From: Candidatus Aenigmatarchaeota archaeon
Lineage (GTDB): Archaea > Aenigmatarchaeota > Aenigmatarchaeia > QMZS01
DNA length: 62,456 bases
Reading direction: 5' to 3'
Assembly (NCBI GenBank): GCA_030614705.1
Contig: JAUWTN010000001.1
Location: 1-62,456 of the forward strand
Part shown: piece by piece, positions 27,231 through 36,335 of the stretch
Numbering within the stretch: position 1 is the stretch's first letter
How the letters are laid out: every line of letters starts with the position of its first letter
Notes under the pieces: generated by a model
The model's database searches: none
What the model was told of the DNA's origin: nothing
What the model saw: the letters and a program-made list of their open reading frames with translations, nothing else
Made by a program: the position numbers and the translations under genes

Positions 27231-27524
27231 ATGGCAAGGTTTGGACATGGAAAAATCAGTAAATCTAGGAATAAATTAATAAGAGGTAAAAAGAATGATG
27301 GAATCACCAAATACCTTAAAAAATTTGAAATTGGTGAGAAAGTAGTAATTAAGATAGACTCAAGTTCCCAGAATTACCCTCATCCGAGATATCATGGCTT
27401 GATAGGTGAAGTCAGCAACACAAGAGGAAAAGCTTATATTGTAGATATTGTTGTGGGAAACAAACAAAAACAGATAATTTCAGTGCCTGAACATTTAAAG
27501 AAACATTCAACAACCAACAAATAA
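27231..27524 (+). CDS. rpl21e: Ribosomal protein eL21
   Basis: FEIGEKVVIKIDSS, PHPRYHGLIGEV, RGKAY, PEHLK. Confidence 0.95.
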   Translation: MARFGHGKISKSRNKLIRGKKNDGITKYLKKFEIGEKVVIKIDSSSQNYPHPRYHGLIGEVSNTRGKAYIVDIVVGNKQKQIISVPEHLKKHSTTNK

Positions 27525-27838
27525 AATTGTTTGGATTTTAAACTTAAAAATATTTTTGATATAAACTTTCTAAATTCATCTGGAATTAAATTTGCAGTTA
27601 GATCTATCTGGCTTCCCAAAGCTCTTAATTGTTTATCATATGATTTCTGCATATATTCTGAAAGTTCATGAAAAGTATTCGCCAGGTTTCTGCCAGCTTC
27701 AAGCTCACACCCAATATCCGTGAAATATTTATCAATTACTTCCCCCTCACTATCAGAAATATATTCAAAATGAGGCACTCCGGCACAATCTAAAAAAGGA
27801 TATACCACACCCATTCCAAATTTAGTATAGACCCTCAT
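27434..27838 (-). CDS. Hypothetical protein (3' end overlaps rpl21e on the opposite strand)
   Basis: First ~100 aa fill an otherwise empty gap; the last 91 nt overlap rpl21e and look like run-on. Confidence 0.5.
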   Translation of the reverse strand: MRVYTKFGMGVVYPFLDCAGVPHFEYISDSEGEVIDKYFTDIGCELEAGRNLANTFHELSEYMQKSYDKQLRALGSQIDLTANLIPDEFRKFISKIFLSLKSKQFYLLVVECFFKCSGTEIICFCLFPTTISTI

Positions 27839-27854
27839 TTTATTTTATAATTAA

Positions 27855-29186
27855 TTAAATAATTATTTGATTTGAGAAAACCATCTTCACCAAATCTTTT
27901 ATTTTATATCTGACCTTTGCAATCGAGAAAGAATAGGTTTCTATTAATCCAATTCTCGGAGTAATCTTATATGAAAATACCCTTGTTTCTTTTGGCTCAA
28001 GTCTTGAAACTTTCCACACCAGCTTATTCTTTGCGCCCACTTTCATAATCTTATCAGGTCTTATGCCGCTGAACTCCCGGTTTAATTTAAAAATTGGTTG
28101 GACATAATCTTCGATTAACACATTGCTTAATTCGTGTTTTGTTTTGTTTATGACTTCTATACAAACACCCACTTCTTTTCCTTCCTCTAATTTATTTATT
28201 CTCTTCATTAAGAATTTCTTTACCTTTACTTCTCTTCTAAGAGACAAGCCAAATAAAATAACAAAGAATGCTATTGCCAAACAAACTATTAGAAATAAAG
28301 AATAATTGTAAGAATAAGAGATTATATACTTTTGATTTGGCAACAGCACAAATTCCCACACATACTTATAAGAATTACCTTCAACCAATTTCTCTTTATA
28401 ATTAGTTGCCTTAAAAAAAGAATCCAGGGATTTATCAACAAGCACTGAATATTTTTTACTCTCAGTTATCATTCCTCTATTATCAAACACTATTCTGGAA
28501 CCTGAAACAAGATAATAATTCCAATCGCTCCTGCTTTCAACTATTTTTGATTCCTGTTCAACACCCTCAATGTACTGGATTAGATAAGATTTATTTATTC
28601 TCTCCACAACCAAATTCCCTTTTAAAAAACTCGCTTCAGCCATATAATCACCATATTCAGAATCTAAAGGAAAAGTAAAACTGTTTTCCCCGATAGAGAT
28701 ATTTTCTTCTATTCTTTTTATCAAACGACTTCCTTTATAAATATCCATAAACAATCCGAAAGTTTCTTCAGACTCAACAACCAAACCTAAATTTTTGCCA
28801 TCGCACACAAATTCTTTAATTTCTGGTTTCTTTAAATCACGGATAATAATTTTCAGATATTTTTCAATTTCATCCTTCCTGGATTTTGCAATTAATTTAA
28901 TATAATATTCACCTTCATCTATACCCAAATTTGGCTGCAAAAATACTGAGATATTTTTGGATTCTCCTGATTTGACTAAAATCTGAGAATATGAGAAAAA
29001 TATCCATGGATACCACCCAACAGAATAAACAGAATATCTGAGCTCCTCACCGTAAGAATTATTTATTTCAAATACTAATTCTCTATGTTCTCCTTGTTGA
29101 ATATTTATGGTTTCAAGTCCATAAACCGAATTAATCGAACAAAGAAGAACTAAAATAAAGACAAATAAATTAATGTTTTTCCTCAT
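27855..29186 (-). CDS. Secreted, membrane-anchored protein with Ig-like segments
   Basis: Signal peptide, beta-rich ectodomain, internal TM helix, C-terminal domain with IEDYVQP..LVWKV..LEPKETRVFSY. Confidence 0.78.
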   Translation of the reverse strand: MRKNINLFVFILVLLCSINSVYGLETINIQQGEHRELVFEINNSYGEELRYSVYSVGWYPWIFFSYSQILVKSGESKNISVFLQPNLGIDEGEYYIKLIAKSRKDEIEKYLKIIIRDLKKPEIKEFVCDGKNLGLVVESEETFGLFMDIYKGSRLIKRIEENISIGENSFTFPLDSEYGDYMAEASFLKGNLVVERINKSYLIQYIEGVEQESKIVESRSDWNYYLVSGSRIVFDNRGMITESKKYSVLVDKSLDSFFKATNYKEKLVEGNSYKYVWEFVLLPNQKYIISYSYNYSLFLIVCLAIAFFVILFGLSLRREVKVKKFLMKRINKLEEGKEVGVCIEVINKTKHELSNVLIEDYVQPIFKLNREFSGIRPDKIMKVGAKNKLVWKVSRLEPKETRVFSYKITPRIGLIETYSFSIAKVRYKIKDLVKMVFSNQIII

Positions 29187-29469
29187 AATAATTATTTAAC
29201 TATTTAGATTATATAACTGCTAAAAGGTGGATTTAGCCCTTCAACCCTAATTACAGTGAAGATAATTAATTATGATCTTAATTCCTAGGCTTTATCATAT
29301 GCTCTGTCAGTTTCTCCATAAGTCGACTCATGCCTTGTTTTTATTTCCTTTCTTGTTAAAGGATCTTCCGAAGAATCTAAAATACTTCTCATCTTCGTTA
29401 AAGACTTCAAAATATCTTCTTTTCAATATTTCGGTTTCATAAACAAAATATCCTTGCAAATTATAAATA

Positions 29470-30507
29470 TTACTCTATAAATTCATTTTGGACAAATTCT
29501 CTTGAAATATTTAACTTTTCAAAAATCTGATAATCATTCACAGACAGTCCCTTAAGTTCACTTAATTTTGGCACATTTTCCGGAGTATCTACATCCCTGG
29601 TTGGCATCTGCATTGCTTTTGTCTCTGAGAGTTTTTTCTCAATTTCTTTTGAAAGTAAGTAGTCTATTAATATTTTCCCGTTTTCTTCATGAGGGGCCCC
29701 ATTGATTAACATTACTGAGTTTGGAATTATTAGGGTTCCTGACTGTTCAGCACCCTGGTCTGGAAACACCATCTTAACAGGTTTTCCATCAACAACTGCA
29801 TCATTTGCATCATCGGTGTCTGTAATCCCAATCCAGCACTCGCCCGCAACAACCTGATCTCTTACCATTGAATTGCTTGACACAATTTGCATTTCATTTT
29901 CTTTTAAATTTAGCAAAAATTCCTTTGCTCCTTCATCTCCCATCATTGCAAATAACGCAGCTATATGAGATCCTGTTGTCCCGAACAAAGGATTTGCAAT
30001 GCACACTTTTCCTTTCCATTTTTCATCTGTGAGTTCATAAATTGAGGTTGGGGCTTCGCTTTCATTAATCAAATCTGTGTTATAAATAAGAACTCTCGCT
30101 CTTGCCGCAAACCCTGTCCAGTAACATTCCTTGTCTTTGTATTTTTCAGAAATGTTTATACTGCTTACAGAACAATAGGGCTTGGATATAAACTCCTCCT
30201 TTAACTGTATTGACCTGCTTATTTCATTATTCCAAAAAACATCTGCGCGGGGATTGTCTTTTTCAGCAATTAATAGGTTCACCAAGCCAACAGTCTTTGT
30301 TAATTCAGTATCATATTTAATCTTAACTTTCATTCCGGTCTTTTCTCTGAATTCTTCCAGAATAGGTTCGCTGTAATCCTGATCATGAGCAACATAAATC
30401 ACAACAGTTCTGCCAATAACTTCCTGAACACTCCACATAATTCCCATCACCAACATTATCGCAACAAAACTTCCAACAGCATAAACAATGAGTGACTGAC
30501 CTTTCAT
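29470..30507 (-). CDS. ABC-type solute-binding protein (Fe3+/AfuA-like) with class III signal-peptide-like N-terminus
   Basis: IYVAHD, FREKTG, EKDNPRADVFW, AARARVLIYNT, GITDTDDA, FPDQ; N-terminus MKG-QSL followed by a hydrophobic helix. Confidence 0.88.
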   Translation of the reverse strand: MKGQSLIVYAVGSFVAIMLVMGIMWSVQEVIGRTVVIYVAHDQDYSEPILEEFREKTGMKVKIKYDTELTKTVGLVNLLIAEKDNPRADVFWNNEISRSIQLKEEFISKPYCSVSSINISEKYKDKECYWTGFAARARVLIYNTDLINESEAPTSIYELTDEKWKGKVCIANPLFGTTGSHIAALFAMMGDEGAKEFLLNLKENEMQIVSSNSMVRDQVVAGECWIGITDTDDANDAVVDGKPVKMVFPDQGAEQSGTLIIPNSVMLINGAPHEENGKILIDYLLSKEIEKKLSETKAMQMPTRDVDTPENVPKLSELKGLSVNDYQIFEKLNISREFVQNEFIE

Positions 30508-30594
30508 ATATATCTATAATAGATTAAAATAAATCCTGCTAAAGATTAATTAATTTTGTAAAAATAATTTGGTTTTTAGGAACAAACACAAAAA

Positions 30595-32226
30595 TTAATT
30601 TAGAAAATCCAAATCAAGTTCAAAACCTGTTGTGGGATTATCCAATTTGAAATTATCTAAAACCTTTGGACAAATCTCTCCGATTATTCCGCTCTCTTTT
30701 CCATTAACAATTATTTTTGCAACCCTTCCTTTTATAAATCTCTTGTCTTCGGTTTCCTTCAATTTATAAGAAACATTCAAATTTGAAAATATTGAATTTA
30801 GAACAGAAGAAATTTCTTCATAAGTGGAAATTGAATTTGAGATGACTGAAGATAAGTGAGTGGTCTCCCTCGACCGGGTCTCTGATTTCTTGTCTGGAAA
30901 TAAAACCTTTCCAACTTCAAATATTTTCTGAGGGAATTCATAATGCTGATTTGTTTTTAACACTCTCAATAATTCAGGCAATAAAGAAACCCTTATCATA
31001 TTAATGGATTTGTCAACCTGGGCGTCAAGTAAAATTGCATCCCCTTCCCGTCTCATCTTTCCAAACTGTTCTTCCCTGCTTGTGAGAAGCAATGTAAAAA
31101 CTTCCTGAAATCCAAGACCGACCACCAATTCCCTGACTTTGGTTTCTATTCGGGTATTTCTCATCAAATTCCCTATCGTTGAAACCTGCGGGAATTCAGG
31201 AATAAAATTGCCTGGTTCGTAAGCTCTTGCAATATCATCTATAACATCCACTTCGTGCAATATATCCGTCCGGTAACAAGGAGCAAAAATCTTAGATCCT
31301 TTTATCAGATAACCTGTTTTTTCCAAAAGAGAAAATATTTCTTTATCAGATAATTTTAAACCAAGCATACTTTCTGCATTGCATTTTTTCAGGTTAATTT
31401 TCTCCGAATTTAAATTTGGAGTTTCTATTTTTTTATCTTTATAAACAACATCCATTGAATAAACTTCTCCCCCAAAATCAACCAAAGCCGTAACTATTAA
31501 ATTCAAAGTTTTTTTAAGAGTTTCCATATTGTGTCCTGAAAATTCTATGAAAACTTCCTTTGTATTATTTGTAATTTTCCCAAGTTTTGCGGAATTAATT
31601 ATCGGAGGCATTGACAATATCTCATCTTTTGAATCTATAAAAATAGGGTATTTATCGCATCCTTCAAGAAGGTATTTGTAATCCATTCCTTTTGGATGTT
31701 TTTCAAGAATCTCCTTTCCGGTCATACTCTCTGAAAAATCCAAAGGGATAAAAGATAATTTTTCCGGTTTCTCAGCCCTGTAATAGATAGGTGTTGTGAT
31801 AGCTTCAAAAGGGTATATTCCTATTGCAGCCTTCTTTCTGCCCCTTGCAAAAGTTGAATGTAATTTTTCCTGATAATCTATTATCTCTTTTAGATTGTCC
31901 TCATTAAATTTCAGGTTTTTCACAACAGCGCAAACTGTAAAAGGTCTGACTTTTTTAACGGTAGATTCAACAATAACTTTATACCCGCTTTTCCTGGTCT
32001 TATATTCTCTGGGTTTTTCTCCGAGATAATGATTTATTGCTCTTGCAAGACCGTGAGCGCATAACAAATCCGGTCTTTCAGCAGTCATCTCAATTGCAAT
32101 TTCGTCTCCCTTTACCTCATCCAATTCAAATCCCATATTGAACAATACATCTTCAAGTTTATCCAAAGACAATTTCTTCTTTATTAAACTATTAAAATAT
32201 CCCAGACTCGTATTTAACATTACCAT
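30595..32226 (-). CDS. pheT: Phenylalanine--tRNA ligase beta subunit
   Basis: RPDLL, QEKLH, RKKAAIGIY, LSMPPIINS, YRTDILHEVDVIDDIARAY, GIIGEI. Confidence 0.96.
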   Translation of the reverse strand: MVMLNTSLGYFNSLIKKKLSLDKLEDVLFNMGFELDEVKGDEIAIEMTAERPDLLCAHGLARAINHYLGEKPREYKTRKSGYKVIVESTVKKVRPFTVCAVVKNLKFNEDNLKEIIDYQEKLHSTFARGRKKAAIGIYPFEAITTPIYYRAEKPEKLSFIPLDFSESMTGKEILEKHPKGMDYKYLLEGCDKYPIFIDSKDEILSMPPIINSAKLGKITNNTKEVFIEFSGHNMETLKKTLNLIVTALVDFGGEVYSMDVVYKDKKIETPNLNSEKINLKKCNAESMLGLKLSDKEIFSLLEKTGYLIKGSKIFAPCYRTDILHEVDVIDDIARAYEPGNFIPEFPQVSTIGNLMRNTRIETKVRELVVGLGFQEVFTLLLTSREEQFGKMRREGDAILLDAQVDKSINMIRVSLLPELLRVLKTNQHYEFPQKIFEVGKVLFPDKKSETRSRETTHLSSVISNSISTYEEISSVLNSIFSNLNVSYKLKETEDKRFIKGRVAKIIVNGKESGIIGEICPKVLDNFKLDNPTTGFELDLDFLN

Positions 32227-33494
32227 TTTTCAAGTTTCAAAAGATTATAATTTCTTAAATATTTTAGGTCGCATGTGTGTCCAAGAATTTCTTTAATGCT
32301 TTTATTTCCATAAATAAACATTGCCAATCTCTCAATTCCAAAACCCCACGCAATCACAGGAACTTTAATTCCGTAAGGGGATAAAGATTCCGGTCGGAAA
32401 ATTCCTGAATTTATTAACTCAATCCACCTGCCCAGCTTTTCTGAATATCCAAATGCCTCAAGACTTGGTTCTGTGTAAGGGTTATAATTAAATTTAAATT
32501 TCACTTCGTCCAGTCCGAATTTGGAATAAAATGATTTTATAAATCCCATCAAAGTTCTTATATTAAGATTATTCGCCGCAATAAAACCTTCTGCATGATG
32601 AAATTCCGGGAGGTGAGTTGCGTCCGAAGCTTCATTCCGAAAAACCCTTCCAATACAAAAACGCTTGCATGGAGTCTCGATACCTCCTGCAAGAGTCCGG
32701 TAAGTCACAGAAGTTGTATGCGTTCTCAACAATAATTGTTTTGCTATTTCAGGCACCCATTTTATATTCCACCCTTTTGAACCTGAATTGCCTCCGGTCT
32801 CATGAACCTCTTTAACATTCTTAACTATTTTTTTATCTGGCAAGTCGCCCTCACCTGAAAGGTAAAAAGTATCCTGAATATCTCTCGCCGGATGGTCCTG
32901 CGGAATAAACATTGAGTCCATATTCCAGAAAGCTGTTTCAACCAAAGGTCCTTGCATTTCATCAAAACCCATCTCAATAAAAACCTCTCTTATTTTTTCA
33001 AAAACCAAATTCAAAGGATGTTTTTTTCCGGGATAAATTTTCTTTCCCGGGAACTCAACATTGTATTTCTTAAATTTAACATCTCTCCACACACCTGATC
33101 TAATAATTTCAGGGGTTACATCCACCACTTCTTTGCCTATTAATTTTTTGGTTTCAAGTTCTTTTTCAGTAACATTCCTTACAAGATTTCTTGTTAGCAA
33201 TATTTTCATTTTATCCTCATCAAATTTTCCTGATTTAATTTCCTTCAAATATTCTTCAACTTCGTATTTTTTTTCAAGTATGGATTTTCCTGATTCTGTA
33301 AGTTTCATCACCCCTTTTTCGATTTCAATCCACTGGTTCTTCTTTGCCCACTGCAAAGCAATGTTGAAGTTTTCCAGTTTTTTTGCCTCAGAAACAGACA
33401 ATTCTTTTTTGGAAAGTTCTTTTACCAGATTTATTTCCGGCAACTTATTTTTCAGATATTTTTCCCCTTCTTCAGTCAAGACATACATAATCAT
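32220..33494 (-). CDS. pheS: Phenylalanine--tRNA ligase alpha subunit
   Basis: GKKHP, PQDHPARDIQDTFY, LLRTHTT, GRVFRNE, YNPYTEPS, SGIFRPE, AWGFGIERL. Confidence 0.96.
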   Translation of the reverse strand: MIMYVLTEEGEKYLKNKLPEINLVKELSKKELSVSEAKKLENFNIALQWAKKNQWIEIEKGVMKLTESGKSILEKKYEVEEYLKEIKSGKFDEDKMKILLTRNLVRNVTEKELETKKLIGKEVVDVTPEIIRSGVWRDVKFKKYNVEFPGKKIYPGKKHPLNLVFEKIREVFIEMGFDEMQGPLVETAFWNMDSMFIPQDHPARDIQDTFYLSGEGDLPDKKIVKNVKEVHETGGNSGSKGWNIKWVPEIAKQLLLRTHTTSVTYRTLAGGIETPCKRFCIGRVFRNEASDATHLPEFHHAEGFIAANNLNIRTLMGFIKSFYSKFGLDEVKFKFNYNPYTEPSLEAFGYSEKLGRWIELINSGIFRPESLSPYGIKVPVIAWGFGIERLAMFIYGNKSIKEILGHTCDLKYLRNYNLLKLEKW

Positions 33495-33639
33495 CTAAAG
33501 TCAATAATATTATATAAATCTTAATTTCTTATCTCTTCCATTTCTTTGTTTAGCTGATTAAAATCAATATTTTTCTCACTTTCCTCGATTTTGACCAAAA
33601 ACCAGAATTTGGCAATATTGACCGTAAAATAAAATTAAG

Positions 33640-33750
33640 TGGGAAGAGTGGGATTTGATTGCGGCTTCTTTTCAAAATATTTCAGAGAAAAGAGTACCCA
33701 CGACATCACGGTCTTCAACCGTGCGCTCTCCCAGCCTGAGCTACCTTCCC
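33640..33750 (-). tRNA. tRNA-Phe(GAA) with one T-loop intron (54/55)
   Basis: Spliced: GGGAAGG TA GCTC AGGCTGGGA GAGC G CACGG TTGAAGA CCGTG ATGTC GTGGG TTCAAAT CCCAC TCTTCCC A. Confidence 0.93.
33659..33695 (-). other. 37-nt tRNA intron at 54/55
   Basis: Helix GTGG/CCGC, cuts GT^A and AA^T, inner stem TCTTTTC/GAAAAGA. Confidence 0.85.
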
Positions 33751-33816
33751 ATAATTTGTTAAAATTTAATTTAAAATAGAGAGAGAATATTCTGGAATAA
33801 AGGATAATACCTTAAA

Positions 33817-35574
33817 TTACATATATCCTAGAATTCCTTTTATCTCCTCCAGCAATTCAAGGTCAGTTTCATCGCATTTTATTAATTCACGATAATCATC
33901 CTTTGATATAAGAGAATAAAGTATTTCACCCTCTTTTACCTGCCTGCCAATTGTAACTCCGTTAAAGGACACTGCTGCCTGTTCTTCTTTTTCAAGCACT
34001 TTCAAATGTTTGCCTTCTTTCTGAATTTGATTGGCGGTGCCGACAACCTTGCCTTCTGAATTTATTAGTTTTGCTTCGGTTACCAAATTTCCCGCAAGAA
34101 CCTCAACCCCAATTATAGCCGGATTATTCTTCCTGAAAACACGCCCGGGCAATAATTTTATCTTAACTATTTTTTTCATTTTCTGCTTCTTATCAGCTTG
34201 TTCTGCCTCTTCCAATTTATTCACCCATTCTTCATACTCTTCGAATAATTTATAAATTACATTTCCCTGAATAACTTTTATGTTTTTATTGAGCGCCAAA
34301 TCTTCAAAAGTATTTTCAACATTAAAACAGATCAGCACTTTGTTTTTGGGGGTGGCATTTTCGAGCATCACTAAATCTTCTTTAATCGGAGCGCCTACTT
34401 TTGCTCTTCTTATACAGGATTTGCAAAACAAATTCATCAACGCTTCCAAACCTCCGATATTTGAAGTCCTCAAAATAATTCCATCTATCGATTTATCCAC
34501 CTCATTTGAAGTCTGTTCTTCTTCAAGCTCATCCAGCAATTTCATTTTTTCTTCCTCTGATCTGAAAACCGTGAAATTAGCACCCGCAAAAGCAGTATCA
34601 ATATTTTTCCCTATAACTTTTATTCCCGCAGCCGCTTTTATTTCCTTGACTGCCACAAACTTTTTTTCTGCTCTGATATCCTGCAATGAAGCTGGCTCAA
34701 GCAAAGCTCTTATTTTAACATAAATAGGTTTCTCTAATTCCACCATCACTTCGTCCCCAACTTTCAGAGTCCCGTCATATAAAATCACATCCACATTGGA
34801 ACCTAATTTCTCATCTTTTTTTAATTCAAGTATGACTCCTTTTCCAACATCGGATAATTGCAATTTATCTATTAAAAATTTCTGCGAAAGACCAATTAAA
34901 ACAGCAAACAGATTTTGCACGCCTTCACCCGTTATGCCCGAACATGGAACCATTGAAATTTCTTTTGTAAAATCTTTCACCTCATAAAATAATTCTGCAT
35001 TAAACCCTAAAGTTGAAAGTTCACCCTGTATCCTATAAAACCTTTCATCAAAATCCTGTTTTGTTCTCTCCTGTTGTTCTTTGATATTAACTGAAAAATC
35101 CTTGCTTTCATTTCTCCACCCCCACAGTCTGTCAACTTTTGTCAAAGCAATTACAAAAGGTGTTTTGCATTTTTTTAGAATATTTAAACTTTCTTCGGTC
35201 TGGGGTTTTAATCCCTCAGTAATATCTATAATCAGAATTGCCAAATCCGCAATTGCCCCTCCTTTTTCTCTCATTGCGCTAAATGCAAGATGACCTGGAG
35301 TATCTATAAATAACAATCCTGGTATTTTTACCTGATTTCTAATTGGTTCAAGATATTCAGAAGCAATATCAAAAATCACTGACATTGGAATGTCTGTTGC
35401 TCCGATTTCCTGTGTTATATTTCCGGCCTCTCTTTTTGCAACAACAGTCTTTCTCAGATAATCCAGTAAAGTTGTTTTCCCGTGGTCTACATGCCCAAGA
35501 ACCGTGACAATTGGTTGTCTTATTGATTTTGATTCCTGTTTTTTTGATTGACCTTTTTTAGACTCCGTTGCCAT
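33817..35574 (-). CDS. infB: Translation initiation factor aIF5B (IF-2)
   Basis: IRQPIVTVLGHVDHGKTT, EAGNITQ, LFIDTPGH, TKVD, VFRKNNPAIIGVEV. Confidence 0.96.
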   Translation of the reverse strand: MATESKKGQSKKQESKSIRQPIVTVLGHVDHGKTTLLDYLRKTVVAKREAGNITQEIGATDIPMSVIFDIASEYLEPIRNQVKIPGLLFIDTPGHLAFSAMREKGGAIADLAILIIDITEGLKPQTEESLNILKKCKTPFVIALTKVDRLWGWRNESKDFSVNIKEQQERTKQDFDERFYRIQGELSTLGFNAELFYEVKDFTKEISMVPCSGITGEGVQNLFAVLIGLSQKFLIDKLQLSDVGKGVILELKKDEKLGSNVDVILYDGTLKVGDEVMVELEKPIYVKIRALLEPASLQDIRAEKKFVAVKEIKAAAGIKVIGKNIDTAFAGANFTVFRSEEEKMKLLDELEEEQTSNEVDKSIDGIILRTSNIGGLEALMNLFCKSCIRRAKVGAPIKEDLVMLENATPKNKVLICFNVENTFEDLALNKNIKVIQGNVIYKLFEEYEEWVNKLEEAEQADKKQKMKKIVKIKLLPGRVFRKNNPAIIGVEVLAGNLVTEAKLINSEGKVVGTANQIQKEGKHLKVLEKEEQAAVSFNGVTIGRQVKEGEILYSLISKDDYRELIKCDETDLELLEEIKGILGYM

Positions 35575-35647
35575 AAACTATTTTGAATAATCTTAACAAA
35601 CACTAAAATCTGGTTTTATTAAGGGTTTTGAAAAATCTTAACTGATA

Positions 35648-36328
35648 TTAAATTCCTGATTCTATTTTTGGATTTTTTAGAAATTCCAGTTTTTCAGGAG
35701 TTTTTATAAGCGAGTACATATCTTCCATATTTTTTCCCTGGAGTTCTCTGAGATCCGGAACCAAAGGATACCTGTTATTTTTTACCCAACCTTCATTAAG
35801 AAAAAAATGGCATGCGCCGCCCATATATTTTATGGAATGGTAAACTGATTTAAAATTTGACGCAACCCAGTTGGACATAACAAGTTCCTGGTTGGAATGG
35901 TTGATTGTAATATGACCATAATTTGGTGGAATCACAAAAACATCTCCGACAGAACATCTTGAAAAACACACATCAATTATTTTGTTTGTGTCAAAATCAA
36001 TTTTCTGAATTAAAAAAATTGCTTCGCCTTTCAAAACCTGATAAACTTCAGGATAAGATAAATCTTCGACCGCAATTTCATGGTAATGTCCAACAGTCTT
36101 AGTAAATTCACATCCGAGCATTCCCGGCGGTATTACAGTAACATCATATCTCAAACCAGATTTTTCTATTTTATTTTTATCCTCTTCCTTAAAAATATTC
36201 CTGTACATAAAATACAAATTTTTGTCTTTCTGGTTCTTAAGCCAGGGTTTATCATAAACAACTTCCTTGATATCAAACAAAGTTCTTATGTCTGGTTCAA
36301 GTTTATTTATCTTTTCAAGTTGCCACAT
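35648..36328 (-). CDS. Cupin-type glucose-6-phosphate isomerase family protein
   Basis: LYFMYR, LRYDVTVIPPG, KTVGHYH, YPEVYQVLKGEA, IPPNYGHITIN. Confidence 0.88.
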   Translation of the reverse strand: MWQLEKINKLEPDIRTLFDIKEVVYDKPWLKNQKDKNLYFMYRNIFKEEDKNKIEKSGLRYDVTVIPPGMLGCEFTKTVGHYHEIAVEDLSYPEVYQVLKGEAIFLIQKIDFDTNKIIDVCFSRCSVGDVFVIPPNYGHITINHSNQELVMSNWVASNFKSVYHSIKYMGGACHFFLNEGWVKNNRYPLVPDLRELQGKNMEDMYSLIKTPEKLEFLKNPKIESGI

Positions 36329-36335
36329 AATTACC

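Noticed and set aside
33520..33625. Short minus-strand frame between tRNA-Phe and pheS (missing PheS N-terminus?)
   Set aside because: About 35 codons with no convincing start, ending at its own TAA, and no resemblance to PheS that I can support.
16693..33750. Split (trans-spliced) or permuted tRNA genes
   Set aside because: Each tRNA is fully reconstructed in normal order from one locus by cis-splicing.
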